Positions 1 through 9,470 of a stretch of 64,000 nt of DNA are shown piece after piece (positions within the stretch are counted from its first letter, which is position 1; every line of letters begins with the position of its first letter). The translations under genes and the position numbers were made by a program. Origin of the DNA: a virus. The notes under the pieces were generated by a model. The model saw only the letters and a list, made by a program, of their open reading frames with translations, did no database searches and was not told the DNA's origin. The DNA is taken from IMG/VR virus record IMGVR_UViG_3300046314_000658. One strand, 5' to 3'.

Positions 1-949
1 GGTTGTAACACCGCTTACTGCCACATCAGCATCAGTCTCATTCACTGCACCACTTAGTAACGGTGGTAGTGCAATTACGAGCTATACCGTAACCAGTACG
101 CCCGATAATATTACAGCAACTGGTGCCGTATCACCTATCGTTGTTACTGGGTTGACGACAGGTGCTTCGTACACATTTACTGTGCACGCAACTAATGTAG
201 TAGGAGACGGTCCGGAATCGGCTACTGTAGGCCCGATCGTGCTAATAGCAGGCGAAAGCGATCCAGATTTTGCAAATGTTAGTCTATTGCTTCACGGTCA
301 TGGTACTAATGGAAGTACGCTTATTATCGATAGCGGCCCAGGTCATCGCGCCATGAATGTTTCTGGCAATGTTGCAATTAGCACGACACAAAGCAAATTC
401 GGTGGTTCTTCACTGTATTTTAATAATCAAGGAAATCCAGGTCGTATCGAAGTCCATGGTGTTAGCGATCCTAATTACTTCTATCTGGAATATGGGATTG
501 CCTTAGCGGCCTTTACTATTGAGTTTTTCTATAAACCAATTGATGAAAACAACGATTACTTTGTTATAACCAACAGAGACTATACGTTACCAGTGGATGT
601 AGCGGTAGAGGGTGCATTTGCGATGACAGCAACGCACAACTCGCTAACTATTCACGATAGTGTTCAGCTAGGTGGTGTAGATATAAGCACATCTGGAGTC
701 CCTGCTAATGCAGGTTGGAGACACTACGCCGTATCTAGAGGCGCAGAGATGAAACTGTTTATAGATGGTATAGAGTATTACTCAGGCGCCCCTGATGTAA
801 ATTACAACAACTCATTCCCGTTGGTTATAGGTAGCTGGGATTATGCTAATGGTGCTAGAGGGTATGTTGATGAATTGAGAATAACGCGTGGCGTGTGTCG
901 CTACAACACTAACTTCAATCCACCTACAGCGCCGTTCCCAGATCAGTGA
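1..949 (+). CDS. Virion adhesin/tail-associated protein, FN3 domain + C-terminal LamG/ConA-like domain (5' end lies outside the window)
   Basis: Frame is open from position 2 (VVTPLTATSASVSFTAPLSNGGSAITSYTVTS...), an FN3 signature. C-terminal LamG motifs: FTIEFF, WRHYAV, YVDELRITRG. Confidence 0.8.
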   Translation, partial: VVTPLTATSASVSFTAPLSNGGSAITSYTVTSTPDNITATGAVSPIVVTGLTTGASYTFTVHATNVVGDGPESATVGPIVLIAGESDPDFANVSLLLHGHGTNGSTLIIDSGPGHRAMNVSGNVAISTTQSKFGGSSLYFNNQGNPGRIEVHGVSDPNYFYLEYGIALAAFTIEFFYKPIDENNDYFVITNRDYTLPVDVAVEGAFAMTATHNSLTIHDSVQLGGVDISTSGVPANAGWRHYAVSRGAEMKLFIDGIEYYSGAPDVNYNNSFPLVIGSWDYANGARGYVDELRITRGVCRYNTNFNPPTAPFPDQ

Positions 950-1550
950 TCGACTGTCTGTGTGAGTAAGCTATTTTACACTCCTGTTACAACCCGTCAG
1001 CATAAATACTTACGGAACTAAATGGTTCTCTTTTAACACTAAGGAAATAATATGGCATCAACATCAGCATCAGTATCGTTTACGGCACCAGTAAACGACG
1101 GCGGCAGTGCAATTACTGGCTATACAGTAACTAGTACGCCCGATAATATTACAGCAACTGGCACCGCGTCCCCTATTGTGGTGACTGGACTAACCAATGG
1201 AACTTCGTATACATTTACGGTGCATGCGACCAATGCAGCAGGAGATGGACCAGAATCCGTCGCTTCCAATGCTGTAACACCATCTGACGTACCAGGAGCG
1301 CCAACTGACATTGTTGCAGTTTAATCTGTAATTAGGTAAGTTATGGCGACGGCATCGGTATCGTTCACAGCCCCTGCAAGCAATGGTGGGAGTCCGATAC
1401 TAAGTTATACAGTAACCAGTACGCCCGGTAATATTACGGCTACTGGTACTGTATCCCCTATTGTAGTGACTGGACTAACAGGTGGCAATTCATACAACTT
1501 TACCGTACATGCAACTAACGCGAACGGGAACGGACTCGAGTCCGTTCCCT
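20..1550 (+). repeat. Three diverged copies of an FN3-coding unit (about 20-220, 1055-1270, 1346-1550)
   Basis: For example, gtaaccagtacgcccgataatattacagcaactgg recurs near 90, 1127 and 1411 with few substitutions. Confidence 0.8.
1052..1324 (+). CDS. Stand-alone fibronectin type III domain protein
   Basis: SVSFTAP..DGGSAITGYTV..VTGLTNGTSYTFTVHATN FN3 motif; AGGA RBS; TAAATA at 1003. Confidence 0.8.
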   Translation: MASTSASVSFTAPVNDGGSAITGYTVTSTPDNITATGTASPIVVTGLTNGTSYTFTVHATNAAGDGPESVASNAVTPSDVPGAPTDIVAV

Positions 1551-1660
1551 CAAATTCTGTAATTACATCCAGTTCACAGTCATACTCGAGTGTTGAATTA
1601 ATTCTAAATTCAGTGCAACTAGCAGTTGATATCAATAACATCTCATTAACATTAGGATAA
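1343..1660 (+). CDS. Stand-alone FN3 domain protein (paralog)
   Basis: Same FN3 motif as the two preceding genes. Confidence 0.8.
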   Translation: MATASVSFTAPASNGGSPILSYTVTSTPGNITATGTVSPIVVTGLTGGNSYNFTVHATNANGNGLESVPSNSVITSSSQSYSSVELILNSVQLAVDINNISLTLG

Positions 1661-1663
1661 GCT

Positions 1664-4600
1664 ATGGCATTAGTTCCAACAACATTTAGTACCGTCGATA
1701 AAAGTAATACAACTTTAAGTAACGGTAATTTAACAGCCGCGCTCCTCGGAAGCTCGTCTGGTGTTAGGACAGAATTTGGAGTTAATAGCGGGAAGTGGTA
1801 TTGGGAAATTACCTATACGTCTGGAACTGGCCCACTGTGCGCAGGTGTTGGATCCGACATCTCTAGTATAACACAGTACCTTGGCGGGGAAGCATCGAGT
1901 TGGGCATTCCAAAACCTTGACGCAAGTTTTCTAATTCACGAAGGCGCGACATCAGATATTCCTGGGATGTCTGCACTTGCAATTGGGCAGAAAATAGGCA
2001 TTGCTTTAAACATGGACGCCGGTACATTATCGTTTGTTAGAAATAATGTAGTTTACCCTATTGCGAGTGGATTGACTGGTTATATGTATGCTATGGTAAG
2101 CTCATCGCCAACCCAATCATCAGTTACGGTGACTGCTAACTTCGGCGCAACCGCGTTCACAAATACTGTACCTAGCGGATATACGTCGGGTTTTGGGTAC
2201 GATACGGCTCAAGATATTTCTGGATTGCAAGTCGACTATAGCCCTCTAAACAATACTGAAATCGTTCAATCGCTAACTCCCGTCGGCTTTCCGACATTAC
2301 CACCATACACAGACTATCTTGGTGGTGATGGGCGATATTGCTTCAACGATAGAAGCGTAAAATTTGATAGTTTAAATCTTAGGAATTTTATCCCCGGAGC
2401 TTCTGATTTCTATGTTGATTTTGTTTACCTCCCGTATCTAACTGACGCTATAAATGTTGGTAATGGAATTGTACCATTGTTAATCGGCGCACTTAATGAT
2501 ACTGACATTTATACAAGAAATTCCATCTATCTTAAATTATATTCGACAGACCCTGCTAGCACATCACTAGCGCTTACTTTAGTATATTCCGACTCGACTA
2601 ATACGGAAACAAATCTCGTAACTTACAATACAACAAAAAGTGTAATTTTAAATAAAGAGACTCATTTTAGAATAGCTCGTATCAGCAATGTTATGCGACT
2701 ATTTGTTAATGGTGTTTCTGTTGGAACTAGCACAACTAAAATTATTATCAGACCTTATTCAAAAACGCTGATTGGCGGATACACTTCTCCATACTTCAGC
2801 CCATTCGGGTTGTATGGGTGCAACGGGATTCTAACACAGTTTAGTTTTTATAAAGCGACCAGCGGGACAACAACATTCACTCCTGTTTATAAAACTCCTA
2901 GATACTCGGCAGTTGCAAAGTTCAGTAACTACTTGAGCAACACCAACGTAACCTGCAGCCCTGATGGTAAGAAAATTAAATTAAATTACCCGAATGAAAC
3001 TATATCCGCTAACAGTATAGCCATCAATACTGGTAGATACTATTTTGAGTTGACCACAAGTAATGCAAATAAAATTGTTATAGGTTTTGTTAACAATAGC
3101 TACACTGGAAATTATACATCGCCGCTATTAACCCCAGCTACAACAAATAGATGGATTTCAACTGTAATAAATGGATCTTTGCTCCCAACTGGCTACAACC
3201 CTGCTTCAGTTACATTAGGTACTGTGAGTGATACAATTGGGGTTTACTTAGATACGGCAACGAAATCTTGGGGTTATATTGTTAACGGCGTTGACTACGG
3301 ATACAAGCACGTTGGGATGACTGGGACTTCATTTAGAATGGTAATAGGAACAGTTTCAGGTGTTCAATCTCAATCTATTGATACGATGCCGGAAGTAGTT
3401 GTGAATTTTGGAGATTCTGCTTTTGTAAATTCACCACCTTACAAATACGCGGCAGGATTTTATTCTTCAGTTACACAACCAACATTAACGACACCTGCTC
3501 TGGATTCTTCGTTAAAATCCCCAGGTTCCGTGATTACTAGCAACGGGTTGGGTATTAGCCCGTCCGGTACGGGTCAATATTCAGTTGTGCCAACAATCGT
3601 AAAATCAAATTTCTTTAAAAATACGGGCAAATATTATTTTGAAGTTACCCCAATTTTAAATTCACCTCTTTATGTTGGTATCAGTAGCCACACAATGCTT
3701 AATACCGATTTATCGAGGGCTTGGTCTGGGTCCGGTAGACAGAGTTTAGAAGTTTCTCACGTTTATAATGCTGGAACTGCTTGGCTCAAAAAGAACGGAA
3801 CTGCTCTTACAAATTTGGCGACACAAACAACCGCAATAAACGGCGCAGATACTTCAGCTTCAGCACTTATAGATCAACCTTTTAATACAACAGATTCTTC
3901 AAAACCAACTACGATAGGATTTGCGGTAGATTATGATTTGGGAACTATTTCGGTATATTTTAAAGAAATAACACCCCCGTATTTAATAAAGGGTTACAAA
4001 GTTCCTGGGTTTACGCCAAACTTGAATTATTTTGTTTATGCTGAAATTGATACGTCAACTCAGAATTCAGCTATATTTAATTTTGGAGCATCCTCGTTTC
4101 AACTCGCGGTTCCCCCTGGATATGCGCCAGGTTTTGATTTGACCGGGTATTTTGGCTATAAAGGGTATGTGTACGATGCTCAGGGTGCAGGGGTTTCTAG
4201 AAAAGTTATGGCTCTTGACATAGCAACCGGGGAAAAATTAGCAGAGGTTCAATCCGCAACCGATGGGTCTTTTGTAATATCTCAATTACCTACGAATAAC
4301 CCTAACTGCATTTTATTAGCGCTCCCTAATGTAGGTGAAACTGTAAATGCCGCAAGATTGTTCAATTTAGCACCAGGCGTGTTGACTGTTCCAGGGGTAG
4401 TTCTAGACCCATATTACTCTAATGTAGTTTTACTATTACATGGGGACGGTACTAATGGAACAAACCAGTTCACCGATCACAGCTTATTTCCTGGAACACT
4501 AACAACTACAGGTAATATAACCCACACAACAACCGCTAAGAGAATGGGAACTAGCTCTATTAACGTGCCTGATAAAAATTCAAAAATTGAAGTTGTGAAA

Positions 4601-5074
4601 AGTTCAGCAGTTGATTTGACTGGTACATACACAATCGAATTTTGGGCAAGAACATCTACCTCTGTAGTCGGTGATGCTAATGCAGTTATTTCTACCAATG
4701 ATACTGTTTATCCTAGTAGATTCGTGGTTGATTTCTATGCACCGAATTCGACTACTATTTTGGGTCGAATTGCAACTTCATCTAATGCGATAATATACAC
4801 GTCACCTACCCGACCTTATGTGCTAGGTGATTGGGTTCATTTTGCTTTTGTAAACAACTCTACTGCTAATACTCACACAGTGTTTATAAACGGAGTAGTA
4901 GCAGGTAGTCGAGCAGCAGTCCCATTATTCAACGCAACTACATTTCAGGTTGGTAAAAATAGTACAGCTTGGGCTGAAGGGCCGTACCAGATTGATGATT
5001 TGAGAATAACAAAGGGTATTGCTCGATATACATCTAACTTCGCCGTTCCTACTGCACCATTTCCGGATGCTTAA
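1664..5074 (+). CDS. Large tail/adhesin protein with multiple SPRY/B30.2 and LamG domains
   Basis: Three SPRY-like units (SGKWYWEI, TGRYYFEL, TGKYYFEV ... NFG..F...P.GY). The C-terminal LamG domain is similar to that of the 1-949 protein. Confidence 0.8.
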   Translation: MALVPTTFSTVDKSNTTLSNGNLTAALLGSSSGVRTEFGVNSGKWYWEITYTSGTGPLCAGVGSDISSITQYLGGEASSWAFQNLDASFLIHEGATSDIPGMSALAIGQKIGIALNMDAGTLSFVRNNVVYPIASGLTGYMYAMVSSSPTQSSVTVTANFGATAFTNTVPSGYTSGFGYDTAQDISGLQVDYSPLNNTEIVQSLTPVGFPTLPPYTDYLGGDGRYCFNDRSVKFDSLNLRNFIPGASDFYVDFVYLPYLTDAINVGNGIVPLLIGALNDTDIYTRNSIYLKLYSTDPASTSLALTLVYSDSTNTETNLVTYNTTKSVILNKETHFRIARISNVMRLFVNGVSVGTSTTKIIIRPYSKTLIGGYTSPYFSPFGLYGCNGILTQFSFYKATSGTTTFTPVYKTPRYSAVAKFSNYLSNTNVTCSPDGKKIKLNYPNETISANSIAINTGRYYFELTTSNANKIVIGFVNNSYTGNYTSPLLTPATTNRWISTVINGSLLPTGYNPASVTLGTVSDTIGVYLDTATKSWGYIVNGVDYGYKHVGMTGTSFRMVIGTVSGVQSQSIDTMPEVVVNFGDSAFVNSPPYKYAAGFYSSVTQPTLTTPALDSSLKSPGSVITSNGLGISPSGTGQYSVVPTIVKSNFFKNTGKYYFEVTPILNSPLYVGISSHTMLNTDLSRAWSGSGRQSLEVSHVYNAGTAWLKKNGTALTNLATQTTAINGADTSASALIDQPFNTTDSSKPTTIGFAVDYDLGTISVYFKEITPPYLIKGYKVPGFTPNLNYFVYAEIDTSTQNSAIFNFGASSFQLAVPPGYAPGFDLTGYFGYKGYVYDAQGAGVSRKVMALDIATGEKLAEVQSATDGSFVISQLPTNNPNCILLALPNVGETVNAARLFNLAPGVLTVPGVVLDPYYSNVVLLLHGDGTNGTNQFTDHSLFPGTLTTTGNITHTTTAKRMGTSSINVPDKNSKIEVVKSSAVDLTGTYTIEFWARTSTSVVGDANAVISTNDTVYPSRFVVDFYAPNSTTILGRIATSSNAIIYTSPTRPYVLGDWVHFAFVNNSTANTHTVFINGVVAGSRAAVPLFNATTFQVGKNSTAWAEGPYQIDDLRITKGIARYTSNFAVPTAPFPDA

Positions 5075-5075
5075 A

Positions 5076-5354
5076 TTACCGTCGGTTGAATATTTCTTCG
5101 ACATCACCTTTAGATAATTGAGCAAAGGTGATTTCCGAACGGCGGCGCTGGCACTGCTTGATTTCCTCAACAGACATCCGTTTAAAATCAATCGACGGAT
5201 GGGACTTACCACAAGAAAATTCACCATCATCTGTGTACAGTCTATCGGAATATGCAAGTGCAAGCATAATGCGCAGTTGCTTATTTTCAGCACGCAACTC
5301 ATCAACTGACACTAGTGTATCTCCGTACCACTCATTTTCACGTAAGTCAACCAT
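5076..5354 (-). CDS. Hypothetical protein
   Basis: ORF tightly packed in the - strand operon. Confidence 0.6.
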   Translation of the reverse strand: MVDLRENEWYGDTLVSVDELRAENKQLRIMLALAYSDRLYTDDGEFSCGKSHPSIDFKRMSVEEIKQCQRRRSEITFAQLSKGDVEEIFNRR

Positions 5355-5355
5355 T

Positions 5356-5871
5356 TTAATCGAAACCTTTCACGTGATCTTTCAGGAACGCAATACAATC
5401 ATCAGGATTGCGGTACATATGAGCAATACCACCCGCTGCCTCCCACTCCTCGCAATTGGACTGGCGGTCGTCGATTAGAATATCACCAATCTCACAGTGC
5501 TTGTGTTTATCGTACGCATACGGTCCGAAAAATACTGGAATATTAGCTTTGCCACTCAATTCCCGTAGAATGTAATTATCCACCCAACGCATTTTGAGTA
5601 ACGGAGCATACGGCCAGGTAGACTTATCGTCACACGGTAGTGCAGTGAGGAATGCAATTTCCCCACGCGGTACAACATCAACCAATTTTCTAAGAATCGG
5701 AGTAAATGCAGCATTGGGCTCAAGATCGATAAACATCTGCTGATGGTCTTGTCGCAAATCTGCCCAGTCACTATCAGTCATCAGTTCACCGACACTGTAG
5801 TTGGTGCCGAGAGCGTGATTAACATATCCAGTAAAATCTGCAGTTACATCATCGAGGTCAATATAAATCAT
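5356..5871 (-). CDS. HAD-family 5'(3')-deoxyribonucleotidase
   Basis: MIYIDLDDVTADF (DxDxV), FLTA, ILIDDR..NCEEW..AGG. Start moved to ATG 5871. Confidence 0.85.
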   Translation of the reverse strand: MIYIDLDDVTADFTGYVNHALGTNYSVGELMTDSDWADLRQDHQQMFIDLEPNAAFTPILRKLVDVVPRGEIAFLTALPCDDKSTWPYAPLLKMRWVDNYILRELSGKANIPVFFGPYAYDKHKHCEIGDILIDDRQSNCEEWEAAGGIAHMYRNPDDCIAFLKDHVKGFD

Positions 5872-5923
5872 AAAAGTCCAAATGTTTGGTATACAGTATC
5901 TGAAATGTGAGAAGTGGTGCCAA

Positions 5924-5952
5924 CAAAAAAGGGTCTGTAATGGACCCTTTTT
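5924..5952. terminator. Rho-independent terminator, possibly bidirectional
   Basis: aaaaagggtc-tgtaatg-gacccttttt. Confidence 0.75.
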
Positions 5953-5968
5953 ACCGCAAGGTGTGTGA

Positions 5969-6523
5969 TTAGAATGAATACTTAACGGTTGCAGCGGCAC
6001 CGTTTTGAAACTCAACATTGCTTACGTTAGCATGCTTCAGTGCAACGCGAACTGATACAGCTTTGGTAACAGGGAAGTCTGCACCAACTTGGTAAGTCTT
6101 CTGGTTAATTGCTGCATTAGCTGCATTCAATCGATATTCAGCGACTGCAAATGTGTTCAAACCAAACATTGGGTACTTGACTTCAGCACCAACGCCAGTA
6201 AAGTGACCGTCAGCAGCTAGTGTACCAACATCGCCAATCACAACTCGAGGAGTCACTGATAGTCCTGCCACAGAGACTGGGTACGAATAGCCGATTTCGT
6301 AGCCATTTTGATTACCTTGAGTACCGTTGGTTCGATCGTATGTGAACGCACCGTCAATAGTACCATAATTGGTAACTTGAGATAGACCTACGGTTTGTTT
6401 TTCTTGTTGCGTCTTACCGACTTGGCTGGCAACGCCCATGTATTCGTAGCCCACACCAACTGTGGTAGCAAAAGCAGAAGCAGCAGAGATAGCCAAAACG
6501 AAAGTAGCGAGAAGTTTCTTCAT
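5969..6523 (-). CDS. Outer-membrane beta-barrel protein
   Basis: Signal peptide MKKLLATFVLAISAASAFA, alternating amphipathic strands, and a C-terminal VKYSF beta-signal. Confidence 0.8.
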   Translation of the reverse strand: MKKLLATFVLAISAASAFATTVGVGYEYMGVASQVGKTQQEKQTVGLSQVTNYGTIDGAFTYDRTNGTQGNQNGYEIGYSYPVSVAGLSVTPRVVIGDVGTLAADGHFTGVGAEVKYPMFGLNTFAVAEYRLNAANAAINQKTYQVGADFPVTKAVSVRVALKHANVSNVEFQNGAAATVKYSF

Positions 6524-6604
6524 TGTGTGTTTTCCTTAAAAGTAATGAAAATGGTGGGCAGTTACACCCACCTGTTTAAATATCACAGGATGTGATAAAT
6601 GTGG

Positions 6605-7237
6605 TCAACCGATAGCGTCGCCGTGGTGGTCGTATACTGGTTTTGGAATCAGTTTTAGTGACTCAATAACTTCTTCGAAATCATAAGGGTACAAATCGTT
6701 AGTATCAATTCCAACATCCTTGATACGGCCTTTAACTATGCATGGAGCACCATGCAGGTGCCCGTGCGCAAAACACGTTCCGTGCCCAATTCCATCCCAA
6801 CTTGCAAATGGGTAGTGGCTCATCGCCACACCAACGCCACGAGCACTAACGAAAGCGTAATCCTTAACGTCAATGAATAAGTCAGCGAATTGCGGTAACT
6901 TGACTAATGAGTGATCGTGATTACCACGAATCAAAGTTTTATCGCCGTTCAGACGAGCAATCAACGCAGGAGCCTTGTCGATTCGACCCATTGCTACATC
7001 ACCCAGGATGAATACGTGATCGCCAGGTTGAACTCTACTGTTCCACTTTGCGATTATCTCTTCGTTCATCTCATCGATGTAGTGCTCGTAGACAGGTTTA
7101 CCAGCAGCGTCAACGTCAATCTGGTTGACAAACTTCCCACGAGATTCAGGGCAATACAGTGCAATCATCTTGTGGTTGAAATGTATATCCGAACAGATGT
7201 GGTGCTTTCTATACGAATTGTATTTTTCTTTTTTCAT
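6605..7237 (-). CDS. Calcineurin-like metallophosphoesterase
   Basis: SDIHF, LGD, GNHD, HGHLH motifs. Confidence 0.9.
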   Translation of the reverse strand: MKKEKYNSYRKHHICSDIHFNHKMIALYCPESRGKFVNQIDVDAAGKPVYEHYIDEMNEEIIAKWNSRVQPGDHVFILGDVAMGRIDKAPALIARLNGDKTLIRGNHDHSLVKLPQFADLFIDVKDYAFVSARGVGVAMSHYPFASWDGIGHGTCFAHGHLHGAPCIVKGRIKDVGIDTNDLYPYDFEEVIESLKLIPKPVYDHHGDAIG

Positions 7238-7434
7238 GTTTCTTCTAGTAGTTTAATCGCTTTGTTTGCCATGTCCGTGTACGACTTGCGAGCGGACAGA
7301 AAGTAATTCTGCCACCACTCGTCTGTCTCTGCCGCCACGTTATTGTCAATGTGTATGCGACGTGTTGGCGTTGGGTCATGCGTACCGCGACTAATTTGAG
7401 TCAAAAGCTCAAGCAATTGTTGTTTATTACTCAC
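7234..7434 (-). CDS. Hypothetical protein (probable GTG start at 7434)
   Basis: This start removes the 160-nt overlap with the upstream gene. Confidence 0.5.
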   Translation of the reverse strand: MSNKQQLLELLTQISRGTHDPTPTRRIHIDNNVAAETDEWWQNYFLSARKSYTDMANKAIKLLEET

Positions 7435-7435
7435 A

Positions 7436-8023
7436 TTAAAAGTACCAGTATTTTTCTGTGCGAGGACGGGTTCCATCAGCCCACATCCACGTCGGTCCAC
7501 TGAACTTCGTTGGATCGTTTGATGAAATTTGGCCAAGCAATACTGAGCTAGAACGATATCGGATACCCTGCTTGGATAGTATATCTCGTGCATCAACTTG
7601 TCGATTATACATCATCCAACCCTGCATATTCGTAGGCAGATCTGGCGCATCAATCGCTACACAATGTGCCCATGCAAACTCATTTGGTGAGATTGGTTGG
7701 CCCGGCATAATTGCATTGAATGTTTGCAGTATGCATTTTCGTTGCATCATTGCACGCTGTTCAGCTGGAGGAGCATTTACAATCGAGTGATAATTTGGCA
7801 TCCAAAACACTGCATTGAGCACCATTAGTGTAGAAACTAACAATCCAAGCGCTACAACAATCAGTGCTACACCATTTGGTTGTCCGTTTTCATCCTTCGG
7901 GAGGAAGCATGCCGCAAGCATTACAAATCCCTTTAGAATAATCAAGAAGATTGCGCCAATGATCGCAGCCTCAGCAATGCTTCGCAGCCACTCGCCAAAT
8001 GTTTGATTAGAATTTTGTGTCAT
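7436..8023 (-). CDS. Membrane protein with two N-terminal TM helices
   Basis: Two hydrophobic stretches. Confidence 0.65.
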   Translation of the reverse strand: MTQNSNQTFGEWLRSIAEAAIIGAIFLIILKGFVMLAACFLPKDENGQPNGVALIVVALGLLVSTLMVLNAVFWMPNYHSIVNAPPAEQRAMMQRKCILQTFNAIMPGQPISPNEFAWAHCVAIDAPDLPTNMQGWMMYNRQVDARDILSKQGIRYRSSSVLLGQISSNDPTKFSGPTWMWADGTRPRTEKYWYF

Positions 8024-8032
8024 GATGATACT

Positions 8033-8635
8033 TTACATAAAAAGATTTTTGTCGACAATCGAATGCTTCACTTTGTCAACTTGTTTGATTGAAATAGGAT
8101 ATTGGATGTTCACAGACCCCTCTGATTCTGCCCCGCGTGTCATCACAGCGAGCCCGAATTTACGTGCAATATGACGTATTGCTTTGTTTTGCGTGAGACA
8201 GCAAAGATAGATTCGATTGATTGAGTATTCTGTAACCAGTTGATACCCACGCGCGAATAGGAGTTGACCAAGTTTGCGACCACGATGGGCTTCTGCCGTA
8301 GAAAAAGCAAACTCTGCAGTATCATCGAGGATAGCAACGTGGAGTGTTGCAACGAGCTCGCTTCCTCGGTTTATGCCAAACCAGAAGTCAGCACGAGTTC
8401 GTGTATTCACAGTAGCTAAAGTAGTCTCAATGTACGACTTCAACAGGGGTGGTGTGATCAGGTACCCAAACCTGAGATATAAATCTTCATCGCTCAGTGA
8501 TGAGATGTGTTGTACAACAGCGTCAGACGAATCGTCGAATAGCCGCACTAGTGAGTAATCATCAATATTTACCATAGATCTCATTCTTACATTGCTGCTG
8601 CTTGGTGTTGTTACCGCTTCAATAGTCCATGTCAT
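8033..8635 (-). CDS. GNAT-family N-acetyltransferase (start may be further downstream)
   Basis: LYLRF, AEFAFS..HRGRKLGQLL (acetyl-CoA motif A), N.AIRHIARKFG. Confidence 0.85.
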   Translation of the reverse strand: MTWTIEAVTTPSSSNVRMRSMVNIDDYSLVRLFDDSSDAVVQHISSLSDEDLYLRFGYLITPPLLKSYIETTLATVNTRTRADFWFGINRGSELVATLHVAILDDTAEFAFSTAEAHRGRKLGQLLFARGYQLVTEYSINRIYLCCLTQNKAIRHIARKFGLAVMTRGAESEGSVNIQYPISIKQVDKVKHSIVDKNLFM

Positions 8636-8858
8636 CCATTGTGGTCAGACTCAAGTGATTAGTTGCCACCCATGATGCGAGGTCAAATCCATCTGGAAAC
8701 ACCAGTTCCTGTGATTGCAAACCATCGCCAGATGCATAGCTCTCATCACCATCGTCTGCAAGTTCTTCCATTTTGGCTAGTACAGCTTCATCAGTTACCC
8801 ACCTAATACTGTTTGAGCCGTCGCCACTATTTGTAATGATCATGTAAAGTTTATTCAT
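8619..8858 (-). CDS. Hypothetical protein
   Basis: AGGA RBS; acidic ORF. Confidence 0.65.
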   Translation of the reverse strand: MNKLYMIITNSGDGSNSIRWVTDEAVLAKMEELADDGDESYASGDGLQSQELVFPDGFDLASWVATNHLSLTTMDDMDY

Positions 8859-8893
8859 TTAGTTTCCTTGAAAATATCAATTTATTGTATGTT

Positions 8894-9301
8894 TTAACGC
8901 CCACCACGAGTAAACCACTTAACTGCAGCATCGTACGTACTGAACGGTCCTGTACCACCAGTGCTGGTAACAGTCGCGTCATTCTCATCACCGTACACTA
9001 GCAGAAATCGCTTTTCACCAGTCGGCGACTCAACTACTCGAACTGTTGAATAATATTCTCGCTCGCGCTCGATCCAGTTGTCAACCATGGTAGTAACACT
9101 TTGTGCATCTTGCGGTTTACGGTGCCAATCTTTATATGCAGTGCCATTGGCAACTGACTGTTCGTATTTGGCAAGGAGAGCAATCGATTCGCCAATTAGT
9201 CGGACACGAATGTCTTCATAGTGCGCAATTTTACTCGCGACAGCAGTTTGAACCAATATTAGGTCGATATCATGTCGAATGTTAGTAACGAGGGTTGTCA
9301 T
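8894..9301 (-). CDS. Hypothetical protein
   Basis: ATG at 9301 after the structured intergenic region. Confidence 0.6.
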   Translation of the reverse strand: MTTLVTNIRHDIDLILVQTAVASKIAHYEDIRVRLIGESIALLAKYEQSVANGTAYKDWHRKPQDAQSVTTMVDNWIEREREYYSTVRVVESPTGEKRFLLVYGDENDATVTSTGGTGPFSTYDAAVKWFTRGGR

Positions 9302-9334
9302 TTTGTAACTGTAGTATAAATTGTTGTTTTTCCA

Positions 9335-9470
9335 ACTCCCGTTCAGGAGTGATTCTGCGCTCGTGAGTATCAAGTCGGCGAAGATGCTGTAAACGATCCT
9401 CCAACGAGGAGAACCTGGTTGGAGAAATCGTACTGGAGTTAGATGGTAGCAGTGGAATCACGACTTGATA
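9335..9470 (-). ncRNA. Candidate structured RNA downstream of nadV
   Basis: Perfect 10-bp closing stem (9368-9377/9461-9470), internal hairpins and a possible pseudoknot; G-U pairs favour the - strand. Confidence 0.45.

Noticed and set aside
1-1660. Diversity-generating retroelement TR/VR pair in the FN3 repeats
   Set aside because: Differences are mostly synonymous and not adenine-specific, and there is no reverse transcriptase in the window.
6379-6387. Third copy of the GAGATAGAC leader motif
   Set aside because: It lies inside the OMP gene on the antisense strand with no flanking stem.
7434-7596. Long overlapping gene pair 7234-7596 / 7436-8023
   Set aside because: A GTG at 7434 removes the overlap.
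9368-9470. Retron msr-msd
   Set aside because: The inverted repeat is a1/a2-like, but no reverse transcriptase is adjacent. Kept only as an unassigned structured RNA.
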